64,000 nt of DNA from a virus. The DNA is taken from IMG/VR virus record IMGVR_UViG_3300047476_000597, positions 69,628 to 133,627 of that record; one strand, written 5' to 3'. Shown here piece by piece: positions 29,901 to 40,224 of this stretch (positions are counted from its first letter, which is position 1; each line of letters begins with the position of its first letter). A model generated the notes under the pieces. That model worked only from the letters and a program-made list of their open reading frames with translations, was not told the DNA's origin and did no database searches. The position numbers and the translations under genes were made by a program.

Positions 29901-31764
29901 TGACCTAATAGCATTACCTAGTAGGTATAGACATCTTGATGCACAGGTTAACTCCCTAGCTATACCTATACCAATACCTTTAGTAGGAGCTATACCATTA
30001 CCAGGTTTCTATGTTAAGAATGGTGCTTTTTATCTGTTTTGTAATGGAGTACGAGATTTTTATGTAGAAACTACTGTGAATGTAGGATACAGAGATTGGG
30101 AAGATGAGATACCTAAGATGTTCTATAACCCATACGGAGAAACAACAGATACCTCATTACTATTCCGTAGTGACTATATAAAAGAACGACCATTCTATAA
30201 ATACGACTATAGTTTGTCAGCTGGTAAACTATATAATCAGTACATCTCATGGGCTCAGACATTACGTAGAGACTATGACCCTGAGCTAGCATATACATGT
30301 TTTCAGTACTATCCACGTAGAGTACGGTATTCTATGCCACAAGAAGAAGAACTACGTAGGGATAACTGGCGTATGTTCTTACCTAACAACTACAAGGATT
30401 TTCCATCTCGTGTTGTAGCCTTTCAGTCTATTAACAGGACCGGTGCCCTGATACTGTTCGATGATATGTCTCCGGCTATGTTTATGGGCGTAGACTCTAT
30501 ACCATCACAGACAGGTACTGATTTTGCTGTGGGTACAGGGTCTCTATTCAACCAAGCCCTACAGTCTGTTAGTAATGCTGATAGCGGTATGCAGTATGGC
30601 AGCTGTCAAAACAGACTAGCTGTTATCAACACTCCTTATGGTGTGTTCTGGGCATCTAGAGATACTGGTAAGATATTCCAATATGCAGATGGTGTAAAAG
30701 ACCTGACAGCTGACAGTATATGGTGGTGGAGTAGTAAATACCTACCTTCTATGTTGTTGCAACAGGTACCTAACTACCCACTAGCAGATAACCCAGTAGT
30801 AGGAATAGGAGTACAGTTGTCTTTTGATGCTACTAACCATATACTGTATGTATGTAAGAAAGAGTTTATTCCTAAGAAAGATGCTGCCAATTTCTCTAAC
30901 GGCCAGTGGTATCTTGGTCCATGTCCTCCGGGTTCTGCACCTTCAGGTATTGACCCTGTTACTGGTGGCATATTGTGTGTAGCATGTAGAACCGGTAGCC
31001 CATACTGTAAGGGTGTAGCTGTTACATACGGTGACCCACTATATTTTGAAGAGGTATCATGGACATTATCATACGATTGCAGAACACAACAGTGGATAGG
31101 AGTACATGACTGGTTTCCTAGCCTAACTATGTTCTCTAACAATCACCTACTAACATCTAAAGGTAGGCAGCTGTGGAGACATAATAGTAGGATGGACCTG
31201 TTCTGTAACTACTACGGTGTAGCTGCACCTATGGAGATAGAAATCCCTATTACTACAGGCGTAGAGAACACTACATTATCATCGGTACAGGTATTGCTAG
31301 ACTCATACCGGTATAGGGCTAACGGTGTAGATAAGTTTCAGGTATTCGATAGTTTCTTTGATGAGGCATTTATATATAACCCAGAACAAAACTCTGGTAG
31401 ATTATTACTATCTTTAAAACCATGGAACAATCCGTATCTTGCATTACAGTATCCTATAACAACAGGTACCGGTATTAACATACTGTTTGACAGAGTAGAG
31501 AGTCAGTATAGATTCAATACCTTCTATGATATGACAGCTAATCGGTTTATGTTTGGGTTAGGTACTACACAAGCTTTTAACACTGGTAATAATGGATACA
31601 CATTCACAATGAATACTCCTTATTATGATTTTGCAAAACCACCAATACAACAGAAAAGATTCAGATACATGGGTACCAAGATCTTTTTACGTAAAAATAT
31701 AGTTGATAACAATAGTATGTCAGTACGATACATCTCTACTAAAAACATACATTCAAAACGATAA
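26962..31764 (+). CDS. Tail stabilisation / muzzle protein (P22 gp10-like), TTG start
   Basis: 1600 aa; YSHARN, IYWADG..NPDR, IFGGDTY, YGSCQNR and SWTLSYD..W...HDWFP segments typical of the crAss muzzle. Confidence 0.8.
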   Translation: MSNQDNSIGTQNTLTGGLQKDSIDLYKKEGSYSHARNVTVVLPDGQRGALHSEPANKLCVTFPYEPIGFIHLAEDQWAVFTTNDVDSEIGIFYDNQCRYESITKGSQRCLNFNRKNLIYGTARRGFDCGFNIYWADGHRNPDRFINTAKVPWIQDCTGTPPGSSCVICVDTNVIDCNRLRIAPEYNIPCLRLSKSQGSGLLLSGSYQVAIAYTINGIRCTDYCALSNIQSIFHHSGTAGAVKLEITGAERTVFDTMEVVVISMINKQVQSKRLGIYSTSQTTIYIDDIDQTLAAVDIGTIPTATPAYESSDAIYSVNNYLLRVGVTEQPDFNYQPLANQIEIDWVAVEYRGSYYHDGGASERVGTGLGADIITYPMNVGLMRGEVYAFLIRWVYTTGDKSAAYHIPGNASTGPTLTTIGGGTVDGGRIVAAGRMGGYYSQELYPDNQFSVWGSLCGTRIRHHRVPWMTDFASTNDPVTGGSVTSHISNPIFNPVTGGTTNNIRVMGIRVRNVQLPVGQDGITPLGNIQGYEILRASREGHMSVLAKGMLNSMRTYTDPYSGKPALLQNYPYNDLRPDYYLTSDYDTIRVGHANTAANPSPKRNTAPLTGYRNDVLSFHSPDTVFDNPYLGLGRLKLECQLRGETTGYFRQAYRHGNFKTMTDILGIISAAVSAIMALLDAINTIAGIAGGNTTPLTVAATEDVPLSVPLYANNSFSTIIAGADTSLFWRTIIAGINIAIYALWAGIKFIVLQRQLLTIFKSLVPARAFAWQYDSIGEYNRISNDLVDGNSVYDITDYQYVKSGVQFLAGATVNNLWRGDFVGLQLSAPVPDLASVREISRFTMGQLGVRPDENESTMGPYTSNRLSGSGPYDVNETPSSQLASFYGAYTVPQATQYGQIDSTKNVPISCVYPVDVTATTPYTSGVIFGGDTYVCRYTEKNPMFFFNDWLQNAPDDFEYNYRNYINVPYPRFWVDNTNVYNDLIALPSRYRHLDAQVNSLAIPIPIPLVGAIPLPGFYVKNGAFYLFCNGVRDFYVETTVNVGYRDWEDEIPKMFYNPYGETTDTSLLFRSDYIKERPFYKYDYSLSAGKLYNQYISWAQTLRRDYDPELAYTCFQYYPRRVRYSMPQEEELRRDNWRMFLPNNYKDFPSRVVAFQSINRTGALILFDDMSPAMFMGVDSIPSQTGTDFAVGTGSLFNQALQSVSNADSGMQYGSCQNRLAVINTPYGVFWASRDTGKIFQYADGVKDLTADSIWWWSSKYLPSMLLQQVPNYPLADNPVVGIGVQLSFDATNHILYVCKKEFIPKKDAANFSNGQWYLGPCPPGSAPSGIDPVTGGILCVACRTGSPYCKGVAVTYGDPLYFEEVSWTLSYDCRTQQWIGVHDWFPSLTMFSNNHLLTSKGRQLWRHNSRMDLFCNYYGVAAPMEIEIPITTGVENTTLSSVQVLLDSYRYRANGVDKFQVFDSFFDEAFIYNPEQNSGRLLLSLKPWNNPYLALQYPITTGTGINILFDRVESQYRFNTFYDMTANRFMFGLGTTQAFNTGNNGYTFTMNTPYYDFAKPPIQQKRFRYMGTKIFLRKNIVDNNSMSVRYISTKNIHSKR

Positions 31765-31766
31765 CA

Positions 31767-32180
31767 ATGGCAGATATAAAGAAACTACCGGTAAAAGACA
31801 CAGGGTTATTAACACCTGACATCATAAGAAACAGACTATTCACTGACCATGCAATAGCACATGATTTTCATCTGGCTACTACATCTTTTGCACAACACAA
31901 TATGTTGAAAGAGTTGTATGAGTCACTAGAAGACAGTAAAGATGCTATCTGTGAGTATCTATTGGGTATGCAAGCACCTAAAAGGTTTGGTAAGATGGTT
32001 ATAGGAGAAACACCTATGTTTTCTACCAGTGCTCTTAGTAGATTCTTAGATGAAGGTGTTGCATTCAGTATGCAGCTCTGTGAGTATGGAGAGAGTAAGA
32101 ACTATGAAGAGTTAGTTAATCTAGCAAGCAATCTACAAGGAACATATGTTAAAGGAAAATACCTAAACACATTATCATAA
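31767..32180 (+). CDS. Ferritin/Dps-like protein (phage DUF5856-like)
   Basis: AHDFHLATTSFAQH..L.ELYE......DAICEY four-helix metal-site pattern; ends YLNTLS. Confidence 0.7.
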   Translation: MADIKKLPVKDTGLLTPDIIRNRLFTDHAIAHDFHLATTSFAQHNMLKELYESLEDSKDAICEYLLGMQAPKRFGKMVIGETPMFSTSALSRFLDEGVAFSMQLCEYGESKNYEELVNLASNLQGTYVKGKYLNTLS

Positions 32181-34936
32181 TGAGAAAATACAAACAGATA
32201 AAGAGCTATAAAAAAGGAGGTGTTGCTACTATAGATAGTAATACTCCTACTGGTGTGTCTGTTGGTACTCAACCATATCAAGACTGGGAACATAGGCCTA
32301 TTGCAGCCCCTTATAAAACCCCTGTAGAAAAACCAGATATAGATCTAAGATCACTAGAACAACAATATAATGACAATATATCTTATCTTAACAGTATACC
32401 AGAAAAAGGACTAAAAGAGTTTTCTGCAGCATATAACAAAAGAATGAAAGATATGTCATGGCAGGATCAATTACGTCTTGCTAATGAAAGAACAGAATTT
32501 CCTTTTAACCTTGCTACATTTCCTGCAGCTGCTGTTGCTAATCTTTCTCAACCATCAAGATATTTTAAAGACAGACAAGGGTATGCTGGTTTTATGGGGG
32601 CAGCAGAGGCAGCTGTAGACGTATCTTCTCTTACTCCTATTGTTGGAGAATATGTTGCGCCTGTTAAAAATGAGATAGCAGGTATTAGTCGTGCTATGCA
32701 ACAGGTAAAAAATATAAGAAAAAGAATGGTTCCTGGTGTGCCTCTATCAGCACAAGAGCAGAATCTTTTAAAAAATACCAGAGTTGTTGGTTCTATATAT
32801 AATGGTGGAGCAGAAGAATCTGCTAAACTGCAAGCTATACTAGCTAAGGTTGACAATCTTCCTGATGCTAATCTAAAAGCAGCTACAGGTTATACCAGAC
32901 AAGAGCTACAAGATAGGCTAGCTTTATTACAACAAGAAGCACCTGTTAAAAAGGCATCAACATCTACTATAGACCTAACAAGATATAGAAGACGTGGTAG
33001 TATAAGTGATATAGCTGCAGAAGAACAACAGGCACAAGAATATCTCAACAATGTAGCAAGTGCTCCTAGACCACAATATGCTCAACTAAACAACACATTG
33101 GCAGCCCCACCAGCTGAACTAGTTATAGACCCAAACCTAACAAACAATGTACGTAATTTTATAAACAATACATCTATAAACACTAGAAGAAGTTCTGTAG
33201 CAGAAAACTTAGTTAATAGTTTTTATGGTGATAATATGAAAGGGTTTTTACCAAAAACAACTACACCAGATACAAAATCTCTTATACATGGACTAGCAAA
33301 AGATGCAACTAATAATCCAGCCGCACAGATGCTGTCTGCTTATAAAAAAGTAAAAGATGCGCCAAAAGGAGAGTCTTTTATACCAGCACATTCTTTGTCT
33401 GCAGATAGTTATCCAATGTCTCTTAGGCTGATAGAGAAAGCAAAAAAAGAAGGATTAGGTGATATACAATACCATGGCTATAATAGGCTAAACAATATGG
33501 GTTTTCCTACTAGAGCAGAGTTACCAAAAGACCTGACTGTAAAAGAGATTAACCAATATATAGAAGGTATTAATAAAACAGCAAAACAAAAAATACCCTA
33601 TGCTTATATAGAAGAAGACAATATCTTTGCACCAACATTGACAATAAAAAAGAATCAATACGGTGGTACAATAAACAACAACAATATGAAAACAGGTGGA
33701 TTCTACCAAAAGAAAGGAATGTTCTGGGATGGTACTAAGATGGTAAAAGCAAAAGGATCAGGTACATACTCTGATGGTACATATTACCAAAACGGAGGAC
33801 AGACACCTACTGCTTTTTGGAATCTACCTAACCCAACAGATAACCCCGGTGCAGCTGGTATGGTAGACTATGGTTCTATGTACTCCCTACCTAACAGAGG
33901 GTTGTTTCAGAAACAAACAGCTGCATCTGAATGGGAGGGGTTCGGTAATCCAGCTAACCTAATAGGTAATCAGCAACAACAGCCGGTAGCACAGAACTAC
34001 CAGACAGCTGGTCAACCTATGCAGTATGCCACAGAGAATAAGAGTAGTTTCTATGAGGGGGCAGGAGAGAATAACTACTCTATAGATGCTATTAGACAAC
34101 AATCTATGGGTACTGGTGGATTATATAAGATGGGTAAACCTCGTTATGGTTCTGGTGGTATACATATCGACCCATCTAAAAAAGGTACCTTTAGTGCTGC
34201 TGCTGAAAAAAGAGGACAGTCTGTACAGGGTTTTGCTTCACAGGTTCTTGCTAATCCGGGTAACTATTCAGAGGCTATGAGGAAGAAAGCACAGTTTGCA
34301 CATAATGCTGCTGGCTGGAAAAAACAGTATGGTGGTATGCAGTATGCTGTTGGTGGGTTTAAACTATCTGTACCTACATCACCAGAAGGAGAAACAGAAA
34401 TACCAGCAGCAGCTGTCTCACAGAATCCTCAGCAGCCATATAATCCTGCTATGAATACTGGTGTGACTCAACCATCTAAGGGTGCTGGTACAGTACAACA
34501 AAACCCTGTATGGAGACAAGGTATGACAGATCAAGAAGCACAGGCTAACATAAACAACCGTCCTAGTACCGATGTGTATATGCAACAGTTTCAACAACCT
34601 GTACAACAACGTAGACCATTCGGACAAGGATTTAGTAACTTTACTAACGCTGCTATTGCAGCTGGTGGTATTGCTGCTGCTTTCAAGAGTGGTAGAGAGA
34701 TGAAACAGTTTGGTATTAAGAATGGGATGACCAATCTTAATCCTACAGCTGGTTCTAGAGGACAGTATAACCAACAAGGTCAGCTAATGCCACAGTTTCA
34801 ACCACCAGCTAGATACGGTAAACATGGTGGTAGAATGCCGGCACCACAATATAAAACAGGAGGCACCTACACAGTGTCAGCTGCAGAGATAAAAAGATTA
34901 CGGGATGCAGGTTACGATATAGAAGAACTAGGATAA
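32180..34936 (+). CDS. Cargo/ejection-type protein with repeated xxxGG motifs
   Basis: Q/P/G-rich; position between muzzle and RNAP genes; IHIDPSKKGTF..KAQFAHNA module; many YxxGG/xxYGG motifs. Confidence 0.6.
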   Translation: MRKYKQIKSYKKGGVATIDSNTPTGVSVGTQPYQDWEHRPIAAPYKTPVEKPDIDLRSLEQQYNDNISYLNSIPEKGLKEFSAAYNKRMKDMSWQDQLRLANERTEFPFNLATFPAAAVANLSQPSRYFKDRQGYAGFMGAAEAAVDVSSLTPIVGEYVAPVKNEIAGISRAMQQVKNIRKRMVPGVPLSAQEQNLLKNTRVVGSIYNGGAEESAKLQAILAKVDNLPDANLKAATGYTRQELQDRLALLQQEAPVKKASTSTIDLTRYRRRGSISDIAAEEQQAQEYLNNVASAPRPQYAQLNNTLAAPPAELVIDPNLTNNVRNFINNTSINTRRSSVAENLVNSFYGDNMKGFLPKTTTPDTKSLIHGLAKDATNNPAAQMLSAYKKVKDAPKGESFIPAHSLSADSYPMSLRLIEKAKKEGLGDIQYHGYNRLNNMGFPTRAELPKDLTVKEINQYIEGINKTAKQKIPYAYIEEDNIFAPTLTIKKNQYGGTINNNNMKTGGFYQKKGMFWDGTKMVKAKGSGTYSDGTYYQNGGQTPTAFWNLPNPTDNPGAAGMVDYGSMYSLPNRGLFQKQTAASEWEGFGNPANLIGNQQQQPVAQNYQTAGQPMQYATENKSSFYEGAGENNYSIDAIRQQSMGTGGLYKMGKPRYGSGGIHIDPSKKGTFSAAAEKRGQSVQGFASQVLANPGNYSEAMRKKAQFAHNAAGWKKQYGGMQYAVGGFKLSVPTSPEGETEIPAAAVSQNPQQPYNPAMNTGVTQPSKGAGTVQQNPVWRQGMTDQEAQANINNRPSTDVYMQQFQQPVQQRRPFGQGFSNFTNAAIAAGGIAAAFKSGREMKQFGIKNGMTNLNPTAGSRGQYNQQGQLMPQFQPPARYGKHGGRMPAPQYKTGGTYTVSAAEIKRLRDAGYDIEELG

Positions 34937-34946
34937 AACTATTAAT

Positions 34947-37073
34947 ATGCCACAAAAGAAAAAAATAAAAACAATATCACCAGAAGATGCTGTCATTAGT
35001 AACTATCTTATGCAAAAGAACAAAGACAAAAACTTTGTACAAAGAGCATATGACCCTAATAGACACTCTATACAAGTACCTGGTTATTTTGGTACTAGCA
35101 CTCATCTAATGGCATATGATCCAGCTTCACAAAGAGTATATCCAGAGGTTGTACAACACGAAGGACAGTTACAATATAAACCAGAAGATGCTGCTTGGAA
35201 TTATGCTGATAGTACTGGTGAGTATATTAATATGCCTAACAGCGAAAAAACTATGAAGATGTTTAGTGGTTACGGTTATAAACATGCAGCAGGTATGCCA
35301 ATATATCAAAACGGAGGAACTATTATGCAAAAGACTATAAGAATAAAAGCAGCACCACAATATGCAGTTGGTGGTTATGCTCAACAGGTAAAAGGTGAGT
35401 TATCTATACCGTGGTCGTGGGCTAATGGTAGACCTAGCAATGAAAGTCAGGTAGACGTACGTACTACTCTTCCAAAAGTTCCTAGAGATATGGCTAATGC
35501 TGTACTAGAGAATGATGAGATTGCTATGATACCTACAGAAGATGGTATGGGTGTGCAAAAAGCAGCCTCAGACTCTCATGCATCTGGTAATGACCATCCT
35601 ACTGTACTAGAAGAGGGTTCTATGATATTGTCAGATACTAAGAGCCTGAAAGAGAAAGATGCCGGTGCTCAGAAGATGTTTAACAAACCTTACAAGAAAG
35701 GTGGTTATACATACTCAGAGCTAGGTAAACCTTTTATGGGTGTTTTTAATAGGGCTGAGAAGGGTCTCAATAAAAAGGACATAGACCCTATGCAAGAGAA
35801 GACTCTTGCTATGAATCAGCAGAATGCTATGAATAAACTACAACAGGTGTTTCAGCTACAAGAAATGCGTAAACAAGAACGTGGTATTCCTACTGGCCCA
35901 ACTACCATGGCAGCTGGTGGACAATATAAAGGACCATACTCTCCTACATATTACCAACAACAACAGCATATACAAGATAAACCACAGGCTGTTATGTTAG
36001 CTAATCTGTTGTATGGTCAACCTAACGCTGGTCAGTATAGTGATGGTATAGACGGCTATCGTACTGATTTTGTTGAGAACTACAGACCTAATATTAATGC
36101 CGGAGATAATAGTAATATAGGAACACTACCAGCTGTAGATGGTGTAGTATCTCCTATTGTACAACAGAGAATGAACCCAGTGAGTATTCCTAGTAGCTTA
36201 TACCCACAGACTGGTACTAATAAAACAGATAAGACTGGTAGTGGTAAAAGCAGGGGTGTATCTAATGGCATAACAGCTGCTAATATCTCTGATGCTGTTA
36301 CAGCTGCTAAACTATTGAGTATTAAGAAACATCTACCGTGGGAACCAGCTGTTAATGTTAAATATCCTAATTGGCTACCAATATCAGATCAACCTATTAG
36401 GAACGTACTAGCTGAACAAACTAATCAACTAGCTAATGCTATGTATAGTGGGGATACTAAAGCAGGTAGAGCAGGAGCACAAAATGGGCAAGCAGAGTTG
36501 TTAAAACGCTCTGTACAAGCAGCTGGTGAGGTAGGCAATATAAATAACCAATCTTATAGTCAATATGAACAACTACGATCTCAATTAGGTACCAGTGAAG
36601 ACGCTGCTAAAAGAGAAAGAGCTAAGAGAATATATGATGGTACCATTATAGCTAATCAACAGTACACTAATGCTATGAATGCCGGTCTTGATGTAGTAGC
36701 TAAAACAGCTGCAGAAAGAGAAGAACAGGCTGCGTTCTTACACAACCAGAATATGACCAACCCATACTACCAGCTAGACCGTACTGGTAAACTACGTTGG
36801 AATAGCGAAAACACTAGAGATAAATACCTTAGTGAGGTACTGGCTGGTAGACCAGGTTCTGGTGTGTCTGGAAACGAAGGAGCACTATACAAACAGCTGG
36901 TAGACCAATACAGTGAGTACATGAGTACAGAGGCAGCAGAAAAAGCAGCATTCCAAAAAGTCTTTGGCACATCACAGACAGTTCGTGAAAAAACAAAGGT
37001 AGGTAACAAAGAAACTGTTAAAACAACTAAACAAAAATACGGTGGGTACATGAATAAGCTACCAAAAAAATAA
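34947..37073 (+). CDS. Cargo/ejection-type protein with xxxGG motifs
   Basis: ANAVLENDE..HASG..ILSD segment, coiled coils, terminal KYGG. Confidence 0.6.
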   Translation: MPQKKKIKTISPEDAVISNYLMQKNKDKNFVQRAYDPNRHSIQVPGYFGTSTHLMAYDPASQRVYPEVVQHEGQLQYKPEDAAWNYADSTGEYINMPNSEKTMKMFSGYGYKHAAGMPIYQNGGTIMQKTIRIKAAPQYAVGGYAQQVKGELSIPWSWANGRPSNESQVDVRTTLPKVPRDMANAVLENDEIAMIPTEDGMGVQKAASDSHASGNDHPTVLEEGSMILSDTKSLKEKDAGAQKMFNKPYKKGGYTYSELGKPFMGVFNRAEKGLNKKDIDPMQEKTLAMNQQNAMNKLQQVFQLQEMRKQERGIPTGPTTMAAGGQYKGPYSPTYYQQQQHIQDKPQAVMLANLLYGQPNAGQYSDGIDGYRTDFVENYRPNINAGDNSNIGTLPAVDGVVSPIVQQRMNPVSIPSSLYPQTGTNKTDKTGSGKSRGVSNGITAANISDAVTAAKLLSIKKHLPWEPAVNVKYPNWLPISDQPIRNVLAEQTNQLANAMYSGDTKAGRAGAQNGQAELLKRSVQAAGEVGNINNQSYSQYEQLRSQLGTSEDAAKRERAKRIYDGTIIANQQYTNAMNAGLDVVAKTAAEREEQAAFLHNQNMTNPYYQLDRTGKLRWNSENTRDKYLSEVLAGRPGSGVSGNEGALYKQLVDQYSEYMSTEAAEKAAFQKVFGTSQTVREKTKVGNKETVKTTKQKYGGYMNKLPKK

Positions 37074-37128
37074 CATGAAGAATGTTATACACCTAAAACA
37101 TTTATTCAATAATTATCATGTTATTGTC

Positions 37129-37137
37129 TATCTTTAA
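37129..37137 (+). promoter_or_regulatory. TATCTTTAA motif upstream of the large ejected-protein/RNAP genes
   Basis: Exact intergenic copy. Confidence 0.65.
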
Positions 37138-37174
37138 CCTGTAGTAACAACTACTACTGCCAATCTATTACAAT

Positions 37175-40100
37175 ATGGCTTCATATATCCAAGGTGTTAG
37201 CGACCAGTTTAACGACACACCTAGACCACAGCTGAACTACACTATGCTTGCTCAACAGCAGCAAACAGCTAATACTATGTTTGAACAGCAGGTACAATCA
37301 TCTAAGAATGATTACTCTGCTGCATTAAATATGCAGGTTACAGGACAAGCAGCAGAAGAACTAAAAGCTGGTTATATAACAGAGGCACAGAAAAAACTAA
37401 GAGAGGTTGCTACACAAGATCTTTTATTACCTAAAACAGCTGCACAGGCTCAACAGGTGTTTGAACCATTTTGGTCTGATGAGAGGTTGCTACTCAACAG
37501 TGGTCACACTAAGAATATGTCTGGTAGTATATCTAAAGTACAACGTGGTTTGATGTCTACTGACGATGATGAAAGAAAGATGTATGACCCATCTCAGTTA
37601 CAGTACTTACAGGGAACACAACTAGAGCTAGAAAGAGCTGGTACAGATCTTAATAAACTACGTGCTATCAGAAAGAGAGGGATTATACCTGTACGTAATA
37701 TTATGGACAACCTACGTGCAGCAGCTGCAGAACAAAAAATGACTGTAGAAATAGACCAACCTACAGGTGGTTATTACTTAAAATCAACAATAGGCGGACC
37801 AGACTCAGTTCCTAACTTTACAACATTTGCAGCTGGTATATTAAATGACCCATCTTGGAAGCAGCAGTTTGAGATGTATGGGCAGATAGATGTTGATAAT
37901 AGAAAACGTAATCTCCTAGCAGCTAATCCTAATCTAACAGATGAAGAACTAACTGTTATGGTACCTGGAAATATAATAGAGTCTATAGATAAAATGTATA
38001 CTACCCAAGCTGGGGAGGTTAGCTCTCAGCTAAAAACGTTACTAGAACAGAAACAACGTATTGAAAACAGTGCAGTACCAGAAAAACGCAGTAATGGAGT
38101 GACAGAACCTGTTATACTAAAAAGTCAAGCAGGTGACTATCAGGCTATACTACGTTCTATTGCTATGTTAGAAAATACTCAGATAGGCATAACTAGAAAA
38201 CAAGAGCAATGGAATAAGGACAAAATAACTAATAAAGACTACATATACCAGAATCCGGCTCAGTATATGGGTGAATTACAGAAACAACACTCTATACAAT
38301 CTTTTGCAGCTGTAATGTCTGCTAGTGAGAAGGTGACGTTTAAGAAAGATGAGGCTTATGAGGCTTTTCAGGACAATGTTTTAGAACAACAAAAAGAAGC
38401 AAGGTTAAGAAGAAAAGACGAACTAGACTATCAAATATCGTTAGGTACATTAGAGCAGACTAGTATTGGTAATCTTATAAAAGCATATGACTCAGGTATA
38501 ATACCAAAACAAGCATTTAAAGGTGTTTTTGGTAACATGGTTAATATAGGTGAAGATCCTTCTATACCTGAATATATGAAAGATGATATTAGTACAGCTG
38601 AAACGACTAATGTTTTAGATATTTTTAATAAACAAAATGAAGAGGATTATATGAATCTTCATAACCAGGTATGGGCAGCAGATGGTTTAGCTGGTTATCT
38701 AATAGGCAAGCAAGGTCCAGCTGGAGAGATAAATACTGCTACTATAAATACAGTAAACACTGCACTATGGAAAAAACAAAATGACTCTGATTATAAATAC
38801 AATGCTGCGGATAAAGCTGCTCTTAAAAGCGTAGCAGATTTTCTAGGAGTTGATAACTACGAAGACGGTGCTTTATTATATACTAAACTAAAAGGTTATG
38901 TAACTACTAATGCATCTGGTGTAACTAATGATCAAGAATATGCTGCTCTATTAGGTATAGATAAAATAGATGCAGACCTTAAAAAGATTAATGAAACAAA
39001 AACAGCTCTTAATAAAGCTACAGAAGCTGTTATAAAAACTGACTCTAAATACGCTATATTAAAAACAAAACCAGAAGACATACAAGATAATTTTCCTTCG
39101 ATAAACCTAGTAACACAAGATGGAACTAGAAAAACACTGACTGGAAAAGAAGTTGCATCTATGTGGCTAAAAGGAGAAATAGATCCTATGTCTACAGATG
39201 TTACTATAGGAAATAAACAGTATAAAATGGAAACTGTTACTAGTCCAAATGGCTACTCTATTACTAGAGCAGAAGACCCTTCTTTTGGTTGGAATTTTCA
39301 AAGAGATAGACTAACATCTTTGTATGGAGATCCTAAAACTAGTTCAAGGTTACGTAGAGAAGCTAGTAACCAGGTTCTAAAATCTATGCCTAATGGTTTA
39401 GATGCTCTTACTGGAAATAGAGGTAAGATAGCTACATTAACTCCTACGGCACCAGAAGCCATAAACATAGCAAGAGGTCTTTCTGTTCCTTCAGGTAGAA
39501 ATGGTATGTACTCAGGTATAGGAAGAGACATAAAACCAATAGATGACCCAGATGAGATGTTAGCTGTTACTACACTATTACAGACACTAGCAGGTACAGG
39601 CAAAAACACTCAGCTTGAGTATATGTCATCTGTACAGCCTACTACAACAAGAGCACCAGACGGTGGACCAGCTGTAGTATTTAACTTTGCTCCTTACAAG
39701 GAAGGAGATAAGCCAGTTAGGATAGGAGACGTAGATATTACTGACATTGTAAAAAAGGGTTCTATAACTATACCCATAAACACTAGTACAGATAACCCAA
39801 CTCTACAAAATATTATAGGTGCTGATTATAAGCTACGATATTATGATATGAAACAAGGTGCTTCTTATGCTCCCACACAAGGTATGCAAGCAGCTGGTTT
39901 TAAAGTAACAATAGCACCAGTTATTAGTGCAGGACAAGGACAAGCAAGCACAGTGCAGTTAACAGGTTCTTATAACTACTATAATCCAAAAAAAGGAATG
40001 TATGAACAAAAACCTTTAATAGATCCTACTACTAATAGACCGTATCAGTTTTCTTTTAGTCAATATACTCCAGAACAGATAAATGCTGCAAGAGATAGAA

Positions 40101-40216
40101 TATATAGACAGATAACACAGCAGAATATTAACAATAGAAAACTAGCAAACTCTGGTTATCAAGGAACAATGACAGCTGAAGAGTATCAACGAGAGTTTAA
40201 AAGAACCAATCAATAA
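37175..40216 (+). CDS. Large ejected virion protein preceding the RNA polymerase
   Basis: MASYIQGVSD start, DLLLP..AQQVFEPF segment; first of the three large crAss-type genes. Confidence 0.65.
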   Translation: MASYIQGVSDQFNDTPRPQLNYTMLAQQQQTANTMFEQQVQSSKNDYSAALNMQVTGQAAEELKAGYITEAQKKLREVATQDLLLPKTAAQAQQVFEPFWSDERLLLNSGHTKNMSGSISKVQRGLMSTDDDERKMYDPSQLQYLQGTQLELERAGTDLNKLRAIRKRGIIPVRNIMDNLRAAAAEQKMTVEIDQPTGGYYLKSTIGGPDSVPNFTTFAAGILNDPSWKQQFEMYGQIDVDNRKRNLLAANPNLTDEELTVMVPGNIIESIDKMYTTQAGEVSSQLKTLLEQKQRIENSAVPEKRSNGVTEPVILKSQAGDYQAILRSIAMLENTQIGITRKQEQWNKDKITNKDYIYQNPAQYMGELQKQHSIQSFAAVMSASEKVTFKKDEAYEAFQDNVLEQQKEARLRRKDELDYQISLGTLEQTSIGNLIKAYDSGIIPKQAFKGVFGNMVNIGEDPSIPEYMKDDISTAETTNVLDIFNKQNEEDYMNLHNQVWAADGLAGYLIGKQGPAGEINTATINTVNTALWKKQNDSDYKYNAADKAALKSVADFLGVDNYEDGALLYTKLKGYVTTNASGVTNDQEYAALLGIDKIDADLKKINETKTALNKATEAVIKTDSKYAILKTKPEDIQDNFPSINLVTQDGTRKTLTGKEVASMWLKGEIDPMSTDVTIGNKQYKMETVTSPNGYSITRAEDPSFGWNFQRDRLTSLYGDPKTSSRLRREASNQVLKSMPNGLDALTGNRGKIATLTPTAPEAINIARGLSVPSGRNGMYSGIGRDIKPIDDPDEMLAVTTLLQTLAGTGKNTQLEYMSSVQPTTTRAPDGGPAVVFNFAPYKEGDKPVRIGDVDITDIVKKGSITIPINTSTDNPTLQNIIGADYKLRYYDMKQGASYAPTQGMQAAGFKVTIAPVISAGQGQASTVQLTGSYNYYNPKKGMYEQKPLIDPTTNRPYQFSFSQYTPEQINAARDRIYRQITQQNINNRKLANSGYQGTMTAEEYQREFKRTNQ

Positions 40217-40224
40217 CACATACT

